Positions 37,281-41,584 of a DNA stretch of 41,584 bases are shown piece by piece; position 1 is the stretch's first letter, and the number at the start of each line of letters is the position of its first letter. The translations under genes and the position numbers were made by a program. This DNA is from Octopus bimaculoides (taxonomy: Eukaryota), in assembly GCF_001194135.2 (NCBI RefSeq), contig NC_068983.1, forward strand, positions 8,182,546 to 8,224,129, written 5' to 3'. The notes beneath the pieces were generated by a model. It was not told the DNA's origin, searched no databases, and saw only the letters and a program-made list of their open reading frames with translations.

Positions 37281-37503
37281 CTATTTAAGAGATGAGGAAT
37301 TATGTACATTATTTACATTCGACGGATATGTCCTCATCTTGTTTGTTGTTAAAACAACATTTCGTCTGATATGCCCTCCAGCCTTCTTCAGGTGTCTTGG
37401 GGGAAATTTCGAACGTGGGTTCTCATTCCTAAGGTATTTTTCGATGTTATTATTATTATTGTTGTTCAGGTCACTGCTAGGAATCGAACTCAGAATCTTG
37501 GGT
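37281..37503 (-). mobile_element. SINE-like element: tRNA B-box head, (TAA)n linker and hammerhead-bearing Penelope-like tail
   Basis: Minus strand: ctgagttcgattcctagcagtgacctg-(aat)n-catcgaaaaataccttaggaatgagaaccc...gacacCTGAAGAaGGCTG...CAGAC-GAAA. Same family as 17421-17600. Confidence 0.7.
37351..37397 (-). ncRNA. Minimal type I hammerhead motif, core intact, partly decayed stems
   Basis: agacac-CUGAAGA-a-GGCUG(gagggcauau)CAGAC-GAA-AUGU-U-guuuu. One mismatch in stem II and a weakened stem I. Confidence 0.5.
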
Positions 37504-37534
37504 GTGTATCTTGTTAGTTCGGGGGTTGGCTGTA

Positions 37535-37685
37535 TTTTCGTTTCCCTCTACCAAATACACTCTCAAGGATTGAGTCAGCCCGAGGCCATAGCAGAGGACA
37601 CCTGTACAAGATGTCTCGCAGTGGGACTGAATCAGGAATCATGTGGTTGGGAAGCAAGATTCTTACCACACTGCTACGCCTGCAT
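37535..37685 (-). mobile_element. Diverged 5' part of SINE family A
   Basis: tttccctctaccaaatacactctcaagg...gcagtgggactgaatcaggaatcatgtggttgggaagcaagattcttaccaca aligns to 15110-15240. Confidence 0.8.
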
Positions 37686-38019
37686 CTAATATAAACTAAA
37701 AATGACTAGCAAAAGAAAAAAAAAAGAAGAAAAATCCCATAAATATCTAAGAAATCATATTAGGTCAGTTTTACTTTGATTCATTGAGGTTAGTGAGCTA
37801 AAAAAAAAATTGCAATGCACTCTTAAGCAATTATTTCAGTCCCTCTTTAATATTGCCTGTAAAGTGAATGGATTGAGAATATAAAGATCAGAGAGCTGTA
37901 TAGCATTTGACAGAATGTTCTATGTTCATAAATATTCTTCTAAAAAGGGGTTTTCATGATTAGTCTATTGAGAATGTCTTTGACACGATATTCGATCCAA
38001 GTTTCCTTGATCTATCGAT

Positions 38020-38022
<3 letters not shown>

Positions 38023-38058
<36 letters not shown>

Positions 38059-38062
38059 AGCA

Positions 38063-38097
<35 letters not shown>

Positions 38098-38128
38098 ACT
38101 AATAATAATAATAATAATAATAATAATG

Positions 38129-38182
<54 letters not shown>

Positions 38183-38231
38183 GCAACAACAACAACAACA
38201 ACAACAGCAACAACAACAACAATAATAATAA

Positions 38232-38272
<41 letters not shown>

Positions 38273-38292
38273 ATAATAATAATAATAATGAT
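38023..38292. repeat. (CA)n plus (GAT)n/(AAT)n/(AAC)n/(TAC)n compound microsatellite
   Basis: Seen directly in sequence. Confidence 0.95.
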
Positions 38293-39246
38293 ATCCGAAT
38301 CCCTTAAGTGTATGTGTGTAGGTTTTTAATATGTGTTGTGTTCTGTTTTATATATAACCGATGTATTGCTTCTATAGTGAAATCGCGCCTAGTAAATATC
38401 TTTTAATTTTTAGTCCACGAAATATGTCATGCTAGCATCGTATTTCTTTCAAGGCAACTCAGTCGAATAAGCTATATTGGGTATAGGTGGAAGAGAAATT
38501 CTTTGTAAGTAAATTATTATTCTTTATTCACATTTTGAGTGTTGTTTTTCAAAAGAAATAAGATGGCGCTAGAAGTATAAGAAATAGGAAAAAAAAAAAA
38601 AAAAAGAAGAGAAGCCAGCCTCCACAATAATTCAAAAAAGTTCTATCATTCACCATTTTCTACGCTATTACTTTCAGCCAATTAACCTTAGGCTTCGCTA
38701 ATCTCTCCCAAGGATAGGCATGTACACACGCACGCACATACACACACACACAGACACACGCAAACACACAGACGCACTCACAAACACGTGCGCTCGCACA
38801 CACGTACAAGCACACGTACGCAAACAAGCATATGTATGCAGGAAATTTCTCTGGAGGAAATTTATTGCAAGACATACTCATATATATTATACACGTATAT
38901 GTATGTATGCACACACATACACACGCTCACACACACGCACAAGCACATATAGACATATTTGTGTGTACATACATATAGACATATATATGTAATATATAGA
39001 TATGTATTTGCATATTGATGCATACATACGCACAAACACACACACACACACACATATATATACACGCACATATATGTATATATACATATATATGGCTACA
39101 TATATACACCCACAACCTGTATATTATATATATATATATATATATATANNNNNNNNNNNNNNNNNNNNNNNNNNNNNNNNNNNNNNNNNNNNNNNNNNNN
39201 NNNNTATATATATTATATGTATATATTATATGCATATATGTATATG

Positions 39247-39287
<41 letters not shown>

Positions 39288-39749
39288 CAATATATATATA
39301 TGTATACATATAATATATATACACATACAAACCTAAATATATATACATACACATAGCTGTCAGGGTAATTTCACATTTCTTTCATATCCACAATGACTCC
39401 ACAGAGAAATAAGAGAACACGTTTCTTTCATACTGCAATACTGTAGAATACCGACAAACTTCAGTTGTTTTTTTTAACACTGAGATAAAAGCTGAGTCGG
39501 TGTTGTTTATGAGTGAAATCGAATGAAATTTCTTGCACTGGAATAGAATAGAGCCTAATAGATCAATTTTCGTCTGGGAGACGACGGAACTTTGGCTTAT
39601 ATATATATATATATATATATATATGTTCGATATTTTTGTTTGCCGATCACGTTTCCAGTTTAATTCATAAGGTTTATGTTACATCTCTGTATGGAATCAA
39701 TGCGGCAACGATTTTTACTGCATACGATCTCTGATCCCCCTCTATCCCT

Positions 39750-41120
39750 CCCCTTCCTCCCCTTCTGCCCTCTAATCCCACCTCCCCTCCCCCATCTACT
39801 CCCCTATTCCTCCCCTTCTCCCTGTACTCCTCTCATTCACGTCCTTTCCTTTTCTCTCTCCTCTCCTGTTCTCCTCCTTTCCTCTTCCTTCTCCTCTCCT
39901 CCTCCCTCTCCTCCTCGTCCTTCTCCCCTTCACATCCTTGTCATCATCATCATCCTTATTATCCTCTTTATCCTCCTCCTACCATCCTCCTCCTCCTCCT
40001 CCCCCTCCCCCTCNNNNNNNNNNNNNNNNNNNNNNNNNNNNNNNNNNNNNNNNNNNNNNNNNNNNNNNNNNNNNNNNNNNNNNNNNNNNNNNNNNNNNNN
40101 NNNNNNNNNNNNNNNNNNNNNNNNNNNNNNNNNNNNNNNNNNNNNNNNNNNNNNNNNNNNNNNNNNNNNNNNNNNNNNNNNNNNNNNNNNNNNNNNNNNN
40201 NNNNNNNNNNNNNNNNNNNNNNNNNNNNNNNNNNNNNNNNNNNNNNNNNNNNNNNNNNNNNNNNNNNNNNNNNNNNNNNNNNNNNNNNNNNNNNNNNNNN
40301 NNNNNNNNNNNNNNNNNNNNNNNNNNNNNNNNNNNNNNNNNNNNNNNNNNNNNNNNNNNNNNNNNNNNNNNNNNNNNNNNNNNNNNNNNNNNNNNNNNNN
40401 NNNNNNNNNNNNNNNNNNNNNNNNNNNNNNNNNNNNNNNNNNNNNNNNNNNNNNNNNNNNNNNNNNNNNNNNNNNNNNNNNNNNNNNNNNNNNNNNNNNN
40501 NNNNNNNNNNNNNNNNNNNNNNNNNNNNNNNNNNNNNNNNNNNNNNNNNNNNNNNNNNNNNNNNNNNNNNNNNNNNNNNNNNNNNNNNNNNNNNNNNNNN
40601 NNNNNNNNNNNNNNNNNNNNNNNNNNNNNNNNNNNNNNNNNNNNNNNNNNNNNNNCACCAACCTCACTACGACGACAACCACCACCACCACCGCCATGAC
40701 TACTACCACCACCACCAAGAACACCATAAACACTACTACGACGACCACCATGATTGCTACCACCATCACCGCCACTGCCATAATCTACTACTACTACTAC
40801 CACCACCACCCTTACCACCACCACTACGACCACGACCACCAAAACCACGATAACCAATTACATTAACCCCCGCTTTAACCCTGATCACCAATACCTATCC
40901 CCACAATCCAATGACTTCCAACACCTTTATAATCACTATTTCTACCACATTAACAATCCCAGGACTACTACTACTACTACTACTACCATTATTGCCCCCA
41001 CTAACGCTACCATCAGCTCAATTATATTCCCTGCTGCTACCATAGACGCTACCATGACTGCTAACGTTAGTAATACTAACACCATCATTTTTATTACCAC
41101 CGCTACTAGCACAATGACCA
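39750..41120. repeat. (CCT)-rich and (ACC/ACT)-rich low-complexity tracts flanking the largest gap (N 40014-40655)
   Basis: Seen directly in sequence. Confidence 0.9.
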
Positions 41121-41523
41121 TGTATAATGTGATTGCTAAAAATTATCGGGGGAAAAATATTTGCTACCAGCATTAATCCTATCGTCATAATGTCCATAGA
41201 ATTACTTAAGTAGGGAGACGCACGTTACGTTCGAGTATTGCGCCTTAGACCAAAATTGATTCTTTTCTGTTTTTTAATGGTTTGTCTGTTAGCATATCAA
41301 TTAAGGATCTTGTTTAACGAGGGAAAGTTCTATGTCTTCGTCATACTTGATAAAATTTTCAAGAAAATCATTAAATTCTACTTGAGTTATAAGAAGCGGA
41401 AGGTCAAAGAGAAGAAACAAAAAATAATAGTTAAAAGTTATTCTCAAGAGCGCGAGGTAGGACGATATAAAAACAGGCTAAAGTTAGAGAGATAACTCGG
41501 TAGCTAAATATATGAGCACAGAG

Positions 41524-41526
<3 letters not shown>

Positions 41527-41584
<58 letters not shown>
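41527..41584. repeat. (AG)n microsatellite
   Basis: Seen directly in sequence. Confidence 0.95.

Noticed and set aside
41220-41495. Plus ORF of 85 aa, and a minus-strand exon-like EFNDFLENFIKYDEDIELSLVKQDP
   Set aside because: AT-rich with no recognisable family, and the splice boundaries are ambiguous.

Overview
AT-rich eukaryotic draft-assembly sequence with 11 N-gaps and dense microsatellites. The SINE families suggest an Octopus-like cephalopod (inferred from recall, not searched). No protein-coding gene can be named. Most ORF-track entries are translations of (AT)n, (AC)n or (TAA)n repeats or of gaps; a few non-repetitive entries remain unassigned. Supported content: three or four tRNA-derived SINE families; decayed LINE fragments (two CR1-group, one RTE, and four R4/Dong-type fragments next to (TAA)n tracts); two TIR-type DNA elements; and several long inverted repeats. 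A few weak candidate exons remain unconfirmed. The most interesting signal is a set of minimal type I hammerhead-ribozyme motifs of the Penelope-like kind in non-autonomous, often inverted, repeats. One (24244-24294) has a complete hammerhead topology with a compensatory G3:C8 core swap. Another family couples a tRNA-like B-box head to a hammerhead-bearing tail.
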